Below are positions 9,920 through 19,400 of a DNA stretch of 64,000 bases, in pieces (the first letter of the stretch is position 1; every line of letters starts with the position of its first letter). The position numbers were made by a program, and so were the translations under genes. Source of the DNA: an uncultured Methylomirabilota bacterium (GTDB taxonomy: Bacteria > Methylomirabilota > Methylomirabilia > Methylomirabilales > 2-02-FULL-66-22). The notes under the pieces are model-generated. The model did not search any database. It was not told the DNA's origin and worked only from the letters and a program-made list of their open reading frames with translations. The DNA lies in NCBI GenBank assembly GCA_963845565.1, contig CAWJSJ010000005.1, forward strand, positions 320,001-384,000, read 5' to 3'.

Positions 9920-10852
9920 ATGATGGGTAAGGCGTGTGATGGCTGGTCGAGGTGGATGTGCTTTCTGGTCGCGGTCGGCCTTCTCGTGTCGGCGTGTGCG
10001 GTGGCGCCCGCTGGCCCAGGGGCCACGCCCGCCGCGACGCGCGATGTTCTTTTGATGGCCAGCACCATCGGTCCGATTGACGCCGGGATCGTCGGCGCCC
10101 TGGAGGACGCCTATTTCACCAAGACCGGAGTGTTGGTCCGCCACGCGGGCGCTGGAACGGGGGCCGCGCTGGAGATGACGAAGCGGGGCGGCTTTGACCT
10201 CGTGATGGTGCACGCCCGGGCTCTGGAGGACAAGTTCATCGCGGACGGGTTCGGCGTGGACCGCCGGGACGTGATGTACAACGACTTCGTCATCCTGGGA
10301 CCGGCCGCCGATCCAGCCGGAATCAAAGGGGAAAAGCTGGCAGTCAACGCGTTGCGAAAGATCGCCCAGGCTCAGACCCTGTTCGTTACTCGCGGAGACA
10401 ACTCCGGCACGCACGTCAAAGAGGTGGAATTGTGGCAGAAGGCTGGCATCAAACCAGCGGGGGCGTGGTACGTCACTTACGAAAAGGGAGCGTCCGGCAA
10501 CGCCCCGACAACGCGCTATGCCAACGAGCGCCGGGCGTACCTCTTGATGGATCGGGCCACGTACCTTACCCTCAAGAAGGAGATCGGGTTGCAGATCCTA
10601 GTGGAGAAGGACCCGGACCTCCTGAACTATATCGCTGTCATTCGGATGAACCCTGCCAAGTTCCCGAAGGCGAATACGGCTGGCGCGAGGGACTTCGTGG
10701 ATTGGTTGGTGTCGGATGAGGCGCAAAGGCTGATCAAGTCGTTCGGTGTGACTCAGCACGGTGAATCGCTCTTCTTCCCGAACTCGGAGGAGTGGCGAAG
10801 GAAGCACCTGCGTAATAGGCCGCGTGGCGAGGTGTTGTTGACTGTGGGTTGA
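9920..10852 (+). CDS. tupA: Tungstate ABC transporter substrate-binding protein, divergent copy (probable lipoprotein)
   Basis: LVSAC lipobox; GTGAAL, VHA, MYNDFVILGP, RGDNSGTH motifs; ASTIGP replaces the canonical TTTS. Confidence 0.85.
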   Translation: MMGKACDGWSRWMCFLVAVGLLVSACAVAPAGPGATPAATRDVLLMASTIGPIDAGIVGALEDAYFTKTGVLVRHAGAGTGAALEMTKRGGFDLVMVHARALEDKFIADGFGVDRRDVMYNDFVILGPAADPAGIKGEKLAVNALRKIAQAQTLFVTRGDNSGTHVKEVELWQKAGIKPAGAWYVTYEKGASGNAPTTRYANERRAYLLMDRATYLTLKKEIGLQILVEKDPDLLNYIAVIRMNPAKFPKANTAGARDFVDWLVSDEAQRLIKSFGVTQHGESLFFPNSEEWRRKHLRNRPRGEVLLTVG

Positions 10853-10917
10853 GCCGGTCCGAAATTCGCTGGCCAAGCACCACGGTGGGGTGGCTTGGCC
10901 ATGACAAGGAGGAGACC

Positions 10918-11781
10918 ATGGGGCGGATGATGGCTGCGATTTCGCGAAGAACTCTCGTTGTCGGTCTGAGTCTCGCCGTAGTATTCGGCGGGCTGATTGC
11001 GACGTCCTCGGTGTGGGCGGGGCAGGCGGTGATTCTGTCCACGACCACCAGCACGCAGGATTCCGGGTTGCTGGACGTGCTGGTGCCGCTGTTCGAGAAG
11101 AAGACAGGGTACTCGGTGAAGACGATTTCGGTGGGCACGGGGCAGGCGTTGGCGCTGGCGGCGAAGGGCGAAGCGGACGTGTGCCTGGTGCATGCGCCGG
11201 ACTCGGAGAAGAAATACGTCGCGGACGGCCTGCTGGTCAATCGCCGGTTGGTGATGCACAATGATTTCCTGATCGTGGGCCCGGCGACGGATCCCGCCAA
11301 GATCAAGGGAATGGCCAGCGCGGTGGAGGCCATGCGGCGGGTCGCGGAGGCGAAGGCGACCTTCGTGTCGCGCGGCGACAACTCGGGGACGCATCAACTG
11401 GAAAAGAAACTGTGGCAAGAAGCGAAGGTGACGCCGGAAGGCGCCTGGTATCTCCAGGCGGGGCAGGGCATGGGCGCGACGCTGGGGATCGGCTCGGAGA
11501 AGCAGGGGTACGTCCTCACCGACCGGGCCACCTTCCTGGCGTTCACCAAGCGGGTTCAGCTCGTACCCATGGTGGAGCGCGACCGGATCCTTCTGAACAT
11601 CTACTCGGTGCTGGAACCCAACCCGGCCAAGTTCCCGCGCATCAACGCCACGGGCGGAAAGGCGTTTGCGGACTTCATGGTCTCGGCAGAGGTCCAGGAT
11701 ATCATCCGCACGTTCGGCGTGGACAAGTTCGGCGAGCCGCTGTTTTTCCCGGATGCGGGCAAGCGGGAAGAGAGCCTGTAA
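10918..11781 (+). CDS. tupA: Tungstate ABC transporter substrate-binding protein, canonical copy
   Basis: STTTSTQDSGLL, VGTGQAL, MHNDFLIVGP, SRGDNSGTH; AAGGAGG RBS. Confidence 0.92.
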   Translation: MGRMMAAISRRTLVVGLSLAVVFGGLIATSSVWAGQAVILSTTTSTQDSGLLDVLVPLFEKKTGYSVKTISVGTGQALALAAKGEADVCLVHAPDSEKKYVADGLLVNRRLVMHNDFLIVGPATDPAKIKGMASAVEAMRRVAEAKATFVSRGDNSGTHQLEKKLWQEAKVTPEGAWYLQAGQGMGATLGIGSEKQGYVLTDRATFLAFTKRVQLVPMVERDRILLNIYSVLEPNPAKFPRINATGGKAFADFMVSAEVQDIIRTFGVDKFGEPLFFPDAGKREESL

Positions 11782-11954
11782 CAGGCCGCTGAAAAAGGCC
11801 CATCTGCGGCGTTGGCGCGCTCGGGCAGTCGTTGCGGCGTACCTGAGCGTGAGGCGTGTGGAACGGCGCTCGGCAGTCGTTGCGGCGTACCTGAAGTACG
11901 CCTCACTCCGTCCTTTGCGTGCCGCCTTGCATCTGGACCTTTTTGAGCAGCCTG
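11782..11954. mobile_element. MITE/REP-like element family A, copy 1 (with internal duplication)
   Basis: CAGGCCGCTGAAAAAGG...CCTTTTTGAGCAGCCTG inverted ends; homologous to 14228-14380; begins directly after the tupA stop. Confidence 0.75.
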
Positions 11955-11984
11955 CGGGACGTGGGGATTTCTGTTTCTTGAAGG

Positions 11985-12066
11985 AATGACCAATGACCAA
12001 GTCCCAATGAACGGGATTGCTGCCTCCGACGCCGTTGGTTATTGGCTCATCGGGGCTTCGTTATTG
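11985..12066. repeat. Degenerate heptamer repeats (AATGACC) with a complementary downstream arm
   Basis: AATGACCAATGACCAAGTCCCAATGA...TTGGTTATTGGCTCAT. Confidence 0.5.
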
Positions 12067-12077
12067 CTGGGGCGAGC

Positions 12078-12776
12078 ATGGAACTGATCTGGCAGGGGGT
12101 TCTGGAGGCGTTGCGCCTCATTCTATCGGGAGATCCGGGGGTCCTCCGCATTACCTGGCTCTCGATCCAGATCTCTGGCGTGGCCACGCTTCTCAGCCTC
12201 GTCGCGGGCATCCCGGCGGGAGTGGGTTTGGCTCTGGCGCGGTTCCCTGGGCGGGGCCTTCTGGTCGCTCTTGTGAACACTGGGATGGGGCTGCCTCCGG
12301 TAGTCGTCGGCCTCTTCGTCAGCATCTTCCTCTGGCGAAGCGGACCCCTGGGTACTCTGGAGCTTCTCTACACGCCTGCGGCGATCGTGATCGCCCAGTT
12401 CGTGATCGCCGCCCCGATTGTCACGGGTCTCACCATCGCTGCGATGCAGCAGCTCAACCCGAAACTGCGGCTTCAGTTCATGGGGCTGGGTGCCTCGCGC
12501 GGGCAGGTGCTCTGGCTTCTCATGCGCGAAGCGCGGCTGCCCCTGCTCGCGGCGGTCATGGCGGGTTTCGGGGGGGTGATTTCGGAGGTCGGGGCCTCCA
12601 TGATGGTCGGCGGAAACCTGTTGGGCCAGACGCGGGTTCTCACTACGGCCACCGTCCTCGAGACGGGAAAAGGGAATTTCGACGTCGCCATCGCCCTGAG
12701 TGTCATCCTGCTCGCATTGGTCTTCGGGGTCACCTACCTACTGACGTGGATTCAACAGCGAGGGCGAACCTCGTGA
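12078..12776 (+). CDS. tupB: Tungstate ABC transporter permease
   Basis: NTGMGLPPVVVGL, ISEVGASMMVGGN, TRVLTTATVLET. Confidence 0.93.
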   Translation: MELIWQGVLEALRLILSGDPGVLRITWLSIQISGVATLLSLVAGIPAGVGLALARFPGRGLLVALVNTGMGLPPVVVGLFVSIFLWRSGPLGTLELLYTPAAIVIAQFVIAAPIVTGLTIAAMQQLNPKLRLQFMGLGASRGQVLWLLMREARLPLLAAVMAGFGGVISEVGASMMVGGNLLGQTRVLTTATVLETGKGNFDVAIALSVILLALVFGVTYLLTWIQQRGRTS

Positions 12777-13864
12777 CCATCCCCATTCTGGAGGGGCGCG
12801 ACCTGCGTGTCACCTATGGTGATGCGACCGCCCTCGTTGTGCCCTCGGTCGAGGTTGCAGACGAAGAGGTTCTGGCTCTCATCGGTCCGAACGGCGCCGG
12901 GAAGTCCACTCTGCTGCGGGTCCTGGGGCTGTTGGAGCGGCCAGCGTCCGGGACGGTTCGTTTTCGGGGGGCCCCGGTGCCGTGGGGCGGACAGGAAGCG
13001 CTGACCATCCGTCGCCGGTTCGCCTGCGTCTTCCAGGAACCGCTGCTGTGTGACGGATCCGTCGAGACCAACGTGGCGCTCGGCCTGCGGCTTCACCATC
13101 GGTCCTCCGGCGAAACGGCGACTCAGGTAAGGGTATGGCTCGAGCGTCTGGGGATCGCTCATCTGGCCTCCCGGCGGGCTCGCACCCTCTCCGGCGGCGA
13201 GGCCCAGCGGACTAGCCTGGCGAGGGCCTTCGCTCTTCGACCCGACGTTCTCCTGCTGGACGAGCCGTTCGCCGCGCTGGATCCGCCGACGCGTGCCGAG
13301 TTGCTTGGACAGTTGCAGGATCTGCTCCGTCACGAGGCGTGCACGACCGTGTTCGTGACGCATGATCGGGAGGAGGCGATGCGACTTGGCGATCGCGTCG
13401 CCGTGCTCGTGGACGGCCGCGTCCGCCAGGTCGGGACACCGGCGGAGGTGTTTGGACGGCCCGTCTCGGAGGACGTCGCTCGATTCGTCGGCATGGAAAC
13501 CATCTTGCCGGGCCGGGTCCTGGCCAGCCAGGATGGCTTGCTCACGGTCGATGTGGAAGGAACGCCGATCACAGCCCTCGGGAAGGCCGGCGTGGGCGAG
13601 CCGGTCTTCGTCGGTCTTCGTCCCGAGGACGTCACCCTGCGCCCCCGGGATGGTCGCGCGGTGTCCGACAGCGCGCGGAACCGTCTGGAGGGTTGCGTCG
13701 CGGCCGCCGTCCGACTGGAAGCGCAATACCGGGTCGAGATTTCCTGCGGGCCTCGGCTGGTGGCCCTCGTGACCAAGCAATCTTTCGAAGAGCTGGACCT
13801 CGTTCCGGGCCGCCAAGTCCTTGCCACGTTCAAGGCGTCGGCCGTCCATCTCATCCGCCGCTGA
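12773..13864 (+). CDS. tupC: Tungstate ABC transporter ATPase with C-terminal TOBE domain
   Basis: GPNGAGKS, LSGGE, LLLDEP, VTHD, SARN...FKASAV; GTGA overlap with tupB. Confidence 0.9.
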   Translation: MTIPILEGRDLRVTYGDATALVVPSVEVADEEVLALIGPNGAGKSTLLRVLGLLERPASGTVRFRGAPVPWGGQEALTIRRRFACVFQEPLLCDGSVETNVALGLRLHHRSSGETATQVRVWLERLGIAHLASRRARTLSGGEAQRTSLARAFALRPDVLLLDEPFAALDPPTRAELLGQLQDLLRHEACTTVFVTHDREEAMRLGDRVAVLVDGRVRQVGTPAEVFGRPVSEDVARFVGMETILPGRVLASQDGLLTVDVEGTPITALGKAGVGEPVFVGLRPEDVTLRPRDGRAVSDSARNRLEGCVAAAVRLEAQYRVEISCGPRLVALVTKQSFEELDLVPGRQVLATFKASAVHLIRR

Positions 13865-14014
13865 CGTCGTCCCGTCACCGTTCTCCGCATGTGCCATCCT
13901 TCCTTGTGTCCGCCAGGCTATTGAGGCATACTCCAACAGAAAAGCGGGGCTCGATTTCCGCCACTCCCGGCGGACATCGGAAGGCCGCCGGTCGTCGACA
14001 AGGAGGACGCAACC

Positions 14015-14227
14015 ATGAAAATCAGCGCGCGAAACACACTGAAGGGTGTGGTGAAACGCATCGAGCAGGGGGCCGTGAATACTGAGGTCACGATCGAGCT
14101 GCCCGGGGGAATCGAGATCGTCTCGATCATCACGAAGCGATCGGTGGCCGACCTCGGTCTGGCGGTCGGGAAGCCGGCGTACGCGGTCGTCAAGGCGTCC
14201 AGCGTGATGCTGGCGGTCGATCATTAG
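14015..14227 (+). CDS. mop: Molbindin/Mop (TOBE) oxyanion-binding protein
   Basis: MKISARNTLKG...SIIT...VKASSV; AAGGAGG RBS. Confidence 0.92.
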   Translation: MKISARNTLKGVVKRIEQGAVNTEVTIELPGGIEIVSIITKRSVADLGLAVGKPAYAVVKASSVMLAVDH

Positions 14228-14380
14228 CAGGCTGCTGAAAACGGCCCATCTGCGGCGTTGGCTTGCTCGGGCGCTCGTTGCGGCGTACCGGAAGTACGCC
14301 TCACTCGGCCCATCGCGCGCCGCCTTGCATCTGGACCTTTTTGAGCAGCCTGGGCAAAAACGGGTTCTTTCAGCATCCTG
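14228..14380. mobile_element. MITE/REP-like element family A, copy 2
   Basis: CAGGCTGCTGAAA...TTTCAGCATCCTG terminal inverted repeats plus internal TTTGAGCAGCCTG; begins directly after the mop stop. Confidence 0.75.
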
Positions 14381-14386
14381 TCAGGT

Positions 14387-14486
14387 GCCGTTACGAAATA
14401 GCGTGTCCGTTTTCTGTAATTTCGTTACGGCTCCTTATGCCGTTTCCGGAATTTCTCCGGTCAAGTTGTTCTTTGACAACGGCTTA
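14387..14486 (+). mobile_element. MITE-like element family B, copy 1
   Basis: GCCGTTACGAAATA...ATTTCGTTACGGC then GCCGTTTCCGG...TTTGACAACGGC; close reverse complement of 17021-17119. Confidence 0.75.
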
Positions 14487-14550
14487 ATCGGGAAACAGGG
14501 CCTGTGCAGCGAGTGACGACGAGAGAGTCGAGGCAAAGGAACGCTCAGCC

Positions 14551-15642
14551 ATGGTGACAGAGCAAGATGTAATTCGAATTTTGTCCGAGGTCCAAGACCC
14601 GGAAATCCACCGGGACTTGGTGTCCCTCGGGATGATCCGCGACCTCAAGGTGGATGGGTCGAACGTCAGCTTCGAGGTCGTCCTGACCACGCCCGCCTGT
14701 CCGTTGAAGACTCAGATCGAACAGGATTGTCGCGCGGCCCTGGCGCGCGTTCCCGGCATCGGGCGGATCGACATCCGGATGGGGGCCAAGGTGGTCGCCG
14801 CCGGCCCGATGGCGGGACCCGGGGGGATTCCGGGGGTCAAGAACAGCATCGCCATCGCGTCCGGCAAAGGGGGTGTGGGCAAGTCCACGGTGAGCGTGAA
14901 TCTGGCAGTGGCGCTGGCCGAAGCCGGCGCCAAGGTCGGCCTCTTGGATGCCGACGTCTACGGGCCCAGCATCCCGCTGATGATGGGAATCCACCGGATG
15001 CCGGAGATGGATGAGGAGCAGCGCATTCTCCCGCTGGAGGCGCACGGCGTGAAGCTCATGTCGCTCGGCTTCGTCTTGCCGGATTCCTCCACGCCGGTGA
15101 TCTGGCGCGGCCCCATGATCGCCAAGACCCTGAATCAGTTCCTCCGCCAGGTGCGGTGGGGGGACCTGGATTACCTGCTCCTCGACCTGCCGCCGGGAAC
15201 CGGCGACGCCCAGTTGACGCTGTGCCAGACGCTGGCCATGTCCGGCGTGGTCATCGTGACGACGCCGCAGGATGTGGCCATGACGATTGCCAGCCGGGTG
15301 CTGGTGATGTTCCGTAACATGAAGGTGCCGATCCTCGGCATCGTGGAAAACATGAGCACATTCGTGTGTCCGACCTGCCACCATGAGACGCCGATCTTCA
15401 GTCGGGGCGGCGGGCGGAAGGCCAGCGAGCAGCTGGGGGTGCCGTTTTTGGGAGAGATCCCCCTGGATGGCGACCTCTGCGAGGGCGGGGACGACGGACG
15501 CCCCGTGGTCATGAGAAACCCTGCCTCTCCGGCGGCCGCGGTGTTTCGCGAGGTGGCTCGGAGTCTCGCCGGTCGGGTGAGCGTCGAGGCTCTTAGGTTG
15601 CAGGAGGGATCCGGTCCGCCCTCTCCCGCCGTCGCGTCGTAG
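14551..15642 (+). CDS. mrp: Mrp/NBP35 (ApbC) Fe-S cluster carrier ATPase with N-terminal DUF59-like domain
   Basis: DPEIHRDLVSLG, LTTPACP, SGKGGVGKST, DLPPGTGD, ENMS, CPTC. Confidence 0.93.
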   Translation: MVTEQDVIRILSEVQDPEIHRDLVSLGMIRDLKVDGSNVSFEVVLTTPACPLKTQIEQDCRAALARVPGIGRIDIRMGAKVVAAGPMAGPGGIPGVKNSIAIASGKGGVGKSTVSVNLAVALAEAGAKVGLLDADVYGPSIPLMMGIHRMPEMDEEQRILPLEAHGVKLMSLGFVLPDSSTPVIWRGPMIAKTLNQFLRQVRWGDLDYLLLDLPPGTGDAQLTLCQTLAMSGVVIVTTPQDVAMTIASRVLVMFRNMKVPILGIVENMSTFVCPTCHHETPIFSRGGGRKASEQLGVPFLGEIPLDGDLCEGGDDGRPVVMRNPASPAAAVFREVARSLAGRVSVEALRLQEGSGPPSPAVAS

Positions 15643-16033
15643 AGGTCCGAGGAACGCGAATCGGCATGGAGCAGGGGAGACCCCGGTTGCCCGACACCGG
15701 CCCCTCATGCTCTTCCCAGGTTTCTCTGCCGATACACCGGCGTTTTGCGTGATTGTAAGTTTTACATAGTAGGAACAACCATCGAGGCGCCAGGATGGGC
15801 CATCGCCGGGGTGCTACCACCCCATAACACATGATTCTTTCTGACGATCTGGTCGCAAGGCTCGACGAGTGCCCTTCGGTACGAAACCTGCCCTTAACAA
15901 ACCTCCGGTGCGAGAAGCGGACTCCGGGGCGGTGGTTCTCTGCGGGACTGCCCATACCGGCGGCCCCGGCTGCGACGGTCCAGTCTGCGGTAGGGAACAT
16001 GGAATCTTACGGACATCTAGGAGGGCTCAAGAC

Positions 16034-16561
16034 ATGGCATTGTTTGCGCAAACCCCGCGAAAAGACGAAACCGTAACGACAAAAGTGGAGCCGAAAGGTG
16101 ACGCCATGCAACAAAGTCCCGCACCAACACCACCAAGCCCCGTGCGACGCGTGGAAGAGCCGCATGTCGCGACAGTGCCGGGAAAACCGTCGGAATCCGT
16201 CCTGTCTGCGGGTCTGACGATCGAGGGGAAGATCGAAGGAAGCGGGAACGTCCGGGTGGCGGGCCGTTTCAAGGGCAACATCAACGTCAAGGGCGAGTTC
16301 ACCATCGAGTCCGGCGCGTCGATTGACGGCGAGGTGCGCGCGGAAACCGTCTTCGTCGGTGGCGAGGTGCGCGGCCAGATCATCGCGTCGTCCCGCGTCG
16401 AGTTCAAGGAGTCCGGCACGCTCGTCGGTGATCTGAAGGCGGGGAGCCTGACGGTGGCCGCCGGGTCGAAGATGCGGGGCAAGGTCGAGTTCGGGTGGAA
16501 AGAGGGTGAAATCGAGGACACCGCCCCCCACGAGAGCGGTGGTCCGCTTCTCCGACGGTAG
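16034..16561 (+). CDS. Bactofilin (polymer-forming cytoskeletal protein)
   Basis: Pro-rich N-terminus then SVLSAGLTIEGKIEGSGNVRVAGRFKGNI beta-helix repeats; AGGAGG RBS. Confidence 0.9.
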   Translation: MALFAQTPRKDETVTTKVEPKGDAMQQSPAPTPPSPVRRVEEPHVATVPGKPSESVLSAGLTIEGKIEGSGNVRVAGRFKGNINVKGEFTIESGASIDGEVRAETVFVGGEVRGQIIASSRVEFKESGTLVGDLKAGSLTVAAGSKMRGKVEFGWKEGEIEDTAPHESGGPLLRR

Positions 16562-16567
16562 GGATCC

Positions 16568-17023
16568 ATGGGCTCAGCGGGGGAGACGTGGAACTGTCCG
16601 CACTGCGGGGAGCGGATCCTCCGGAGCGCAGGGAGTTGTCCGTCCTGTCAGCGTCGGCTGCGTTTCGATGCCGCTTCGGCGAGTCGCTCGGCGACGGCCA
16701 CGTCGTGTCCTCTCAGCGTCGAGGGCACGATCCGTCATCCGAGCGCCGAGGCCCCCTGGGAATTCTCGGTGGTCGTGCAGGTCCGCGATTCGCAGGGAGA
16801 GGTCCTCGTCAGGCGCGTCGTCGGGGTGGGCGCGATTCGGCCCGGCGACACGCGAACGTTCAGCCTGCAGGTAGAGATGCGTGCGCCGGAGCAGATATCC
16901 CCCGCCGTGGAATCCGCGCGGCCTCCGTCGGTTGAGCCAGGCTCGCTTGTGTCTCCGACGCCGCCGGGAGGCGCCAAAGCCGAAACGATCGTTCCTGGGA
17001 AACCCGCCGGTCGGCCGGACTAA
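16568..17023 (+). CDS. Zinc-ribbon protein with C-terminal Ig-like beta domain
   Basis: CPHC...CPSC; VRDSQGEVL...GAIRPGDTRTFSL. Confidence 0.7.
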   Translation: MGSAGETWNCPHCGERILRSAGSCPSCQRRLRFDAASASRSATATSCPLSVEGTIRHPSAEAPWEFSVVVQVRDSQGEVLVRRVVGVGAIRPGDTRTFSLQVEMRAPEQISPAVESARPPSVEPGSLVSPTPPGGAKAETIVPGKPAGRPD

Positions 17024-17119
17024 GCCGTTGTCAAAGAATAACGTGACCGGAAAATTCCGGTAACGGCATAAGGAGCCGTAACGAAATTAAAAGAAATGGA
17101 CAAGTTATTTCGTAACGGC
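17021..17119 (-). mobile_element. MITE-like element family B, copy 2 (inverted relative to copy 1)
   Basis: TAAGCCGTTGTCAAAGAATAAC...TTATTTCGTAACGGC; its first TAA is the stop codon of the upstream gene. Confidence 0.75.
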
Positions 17120-17290
17120 TCCTAACCGCTGCCCATCCGTGTGCCCCGCCCCTTCGTTGAGCGGCTGAATCCTGCGCGTGACGCCGCGTCCTGTTTGCGC
17201 TTTCCATCCTTCGCCTTTTTGGGCTATACTCCCGCCCGACACCTGAATCTGCCGCCGGTCGCTCGCACGCCCGCTCCCGAGGAGCCTGTC

Positions 17291-18313
17291 ATGGCAAAGC
17301 GTTCCACCAAGACCTCTGCAGAGGCGGCCCCCGAGGCCGCGAGGACACCGTCCATGGACAAGAAGGTCGTGATGGATCTTCTCTACCACATGCTCCTGGT
17401 CCGTCGGTTCGAGGAGAAGGCAGCCGAGATGTACTCCCAGGGGAAGATCGGAGGCTTCCTGCATCTCGCCGTCGGCATGGAGGCCTCTTGCGTGGGCGCG
17501 ATCTCCACGCTGCGGGCGGACGATTATGTCATCGGCGGATACCGCGAGCACGGCCATTATCTGGCAAAAGGCGGCGATCCGAACCGGGCCATGGCCGAAC
17601 TGTTCGGCCGCATCGACGGGATGTCCAAGGGTAAGGGCGGATCGATGCACTTCTTCGACAAGGCCCGCAACTTCTTGGGGGGCACCGGGATCGTGGGCGG
17701 CCAGATCCCCATCGGGACGGGCGCCGGGCTGGCCATCAACTACAACGGAGGCGATCAGGTCTGCCTGGTGTTCTTCGGGGACGGGTCGGTCGCCCAGGGG
17801 GTCTTCCACGAATCGCTGAACCTCGCGTCCCTGTGGCGACTGCCGGTCATTTATGTCTGCGAGAACAATCTGTACGCCATGGGGACGGCGCTGAACCGGA
17901 CCCAGGCGGTCACCGACCTGTACAAGAAGGCCGAAGGGTACGGTATGGTCGGCGAGCAGGTGGACGGCATGGATGTCCTGGCGGTGCGCGAGACCGTGGG
18001 GCGGGCGGTGGACCGTGCACGGCGCGACAAGACGCCGACCCTGATCGAGTCCCGCACCTACCGGTTCCGGGGCCACTCCATGCGGGACCCTGCCGCGGCG
18101 GTGTACCGGACCCGCGAAGAAGTGGAAGAGTGGAAGAAATCGGATCCGATCGTCCTCTTGTGGGACCGGATGAGCCGCGAGGGGATCATCAGCGACGCCG
18201 AGTACAAGGACATGGACAAGGAGATCACCCAGGTGGCGGAAGAGGCGGTGCGGTTTTCCGACGCGTCGCCGGAGCCGCCGCTGGAGGAATTGCTAACCGA
18301 CGTGTACGTTTGA
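17291..18313 (+). CDS. pdhA: Pyruvate dehydrogenase E1 alpha
   Basis: GKIGGFLHL, YREHGH, GKGGSMH, FGDG, ENN, YRFRGHSM. Confidence 0.95.
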   Translation: MAKRSTKTSAEAAPEAARTPSMDKKVVMDLLYHMLLVRRFEEKAAEMYSQGKIGGFLHLAVGMEASCVGAISTLRADDYVIGGYREHGHYLAKGGDPNRAMAELFGRIDGMSKGKGGSMHFFDKARNFLGGTGIVGGQIPIGTGAGLAINYNGGDQVCLVFFGDGSVAQGVFHESLNLASLWRLPVIYVCENNLYAMGTALNRTQAVTDLYKKAEGYGMVGEQVDGMDVLAVRETVGRAVDRARRDKTPTLIESRTYRFRGHSMRDPAAAVYRTREEVEEWKKSDPIVLLWDRMSREGIISDAEYKDMDKEITQVAEEAVRFSDASPEPPLEELLTDVYV

Positions 18314-18318
18314 GAAAC

Positions 18319-18383
18319 CGACAGGGACAGCGATAGCGACAGGGCAGAGCGGTTCGGAGTTCGCTGTCGGCAGTCGCTGTCGG
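18319..18383. repeat. Hexamer repeats (CGACAG) with an inverted arm between pdhA and pdhB
   Basis: CGACAG GGACAG CGATAG CGACAG ... TCGCTG TCGGCAG TCGCTG TCGG. Confidence 0.55.
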
Positions 18384-18395
18384 AGGTTGCCCAAC

Positions 18396-19373
18396 ATGGC
18401 CATCATCACGTATCGCGAGGCGTTGAATCAGGCTTTGCGGGAAGAGATGCGACGGGACCCCCGGGTCTTTCTGATGGGGGAAGAGATCGGGGTGTACCAG
18501 GGGGCCTACAAGGTGACGCAGGGCCTCCTGGACGAATTCGGGCCGCGGCGCGTCATCGACACGCCGATCAGTGAGGCCGGCTTCGTGGGCGCGGGCGTCG
18601 GGGCAGCCATGGCCGGGCTTCGCCCCGTCGTGGAGATGATGACGTTCAACTTCGCCCTGGTGGCCATCGACCAGATTGTCAACCACGCCGCCAAGATTCT
18701 GTACATGTCGGGCGGCCAGTACCGGGTTCCCATGGTGATTCGCGGTCCCGGGGGTTTCTCCGTCCAGGTGGCGGCGCAGCATTCGCAGAGCATGGAATCG
18801 TATTTTTATCATGTGCCCGGCCTGGTGGTGGTGCGCCCGTCGACGCCGAAGGATGCGAAGGGCCTGCTGAAGAGCGCCATCCGCGACGACAACCCTGTCA
18901 TCTTCATCGAATCCGAGACCATCTACGGGATGAAGGGCGAGGTTCCCGAAGAGGAGTACCTGATTCCGCTGGGTGTCGCCGAGGTGAAGCGCGAGGGGAC
19001 CGACGTGACGGTCGTGGCCTGGATGGGGATGCTCCACCGAAGCCTGGAAGCGGCGGAGGAGCTGGAGAAGGAGGGGATCTCGGTCGAGGTGGTGGACCCC
19101 CGGACCCTGCGCCCCATGGACAAGGGCACGATTCTGGCGTCCGTCCGGAAGACGCACCGCGCCGTCGTGGTGGAGGCGGGCGCGGGATTCGCGGGCCTCG
19201 GTGCGGAGATCGGCACCATCGTCACGGAGGAAGCGTTCGACTACCTGGATTCCCAGGTCGTGCGAGTGACCGGGGCCAACGCCCCCATGCCGTACGCCAA
19301 GAATCTGGAACTGGCCAAGACCCCGACCAAGGCTGCCATCATCGCGGGGATCAAAAAGGCCCTGGCCATCTAG
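18396..19373 (+). CDS. pdhB: Pyruvate dehydrogenase E1 beta
   Basis: YREALNQAL, DTPISEAGF, AQHSQ, IRDDNPVIF. Confidence 0.95.
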   Translation: MAIITYREALNQALREEMRRDPRVFLMGEEIGVYQGAYKVTQGLLDEFGPRRVIDTPISEAGFVGAGVGAAMAGLRPVVEMMTFNFALVAIDQIVNHAAKILYMSGGQYRVPMVIRGPGGFSVQVAAQHSQSMESYFYHVPGLVVVRPSTPKDAKGLLKSAIRDDNPVIFIESETIYGMKGEVPEEEYLIPLGVAEVKREGTDVTVVAWMGMLHRSLEAAEELEKEGISVEVVDPRTLRPMDKGTILASVRKTHRAVVVEAGAGFAGLGAEIGTIVTEEAFDYLDSQVVRVTGANAPMPYAKNLELAKTPTKAAIIAGIKKALAI

Positions 19374-19400
19374 CCTCTGAAGAGGCAATGGCAAATTCGA

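Noticed and set aside
9600..9920. Moco/Wco riboswitch upstream of tupA (and SAM riboswitch upstream of speD)
   Set aside because: No conserved riboswitch core recognised by eye; needs an Infernal/Rfam search to exclude
11782..11954. Internal direct repeat resembling a mini CRISPR
   Set aside because: Only two units inside an element with inverted ends; no cas genes in the window
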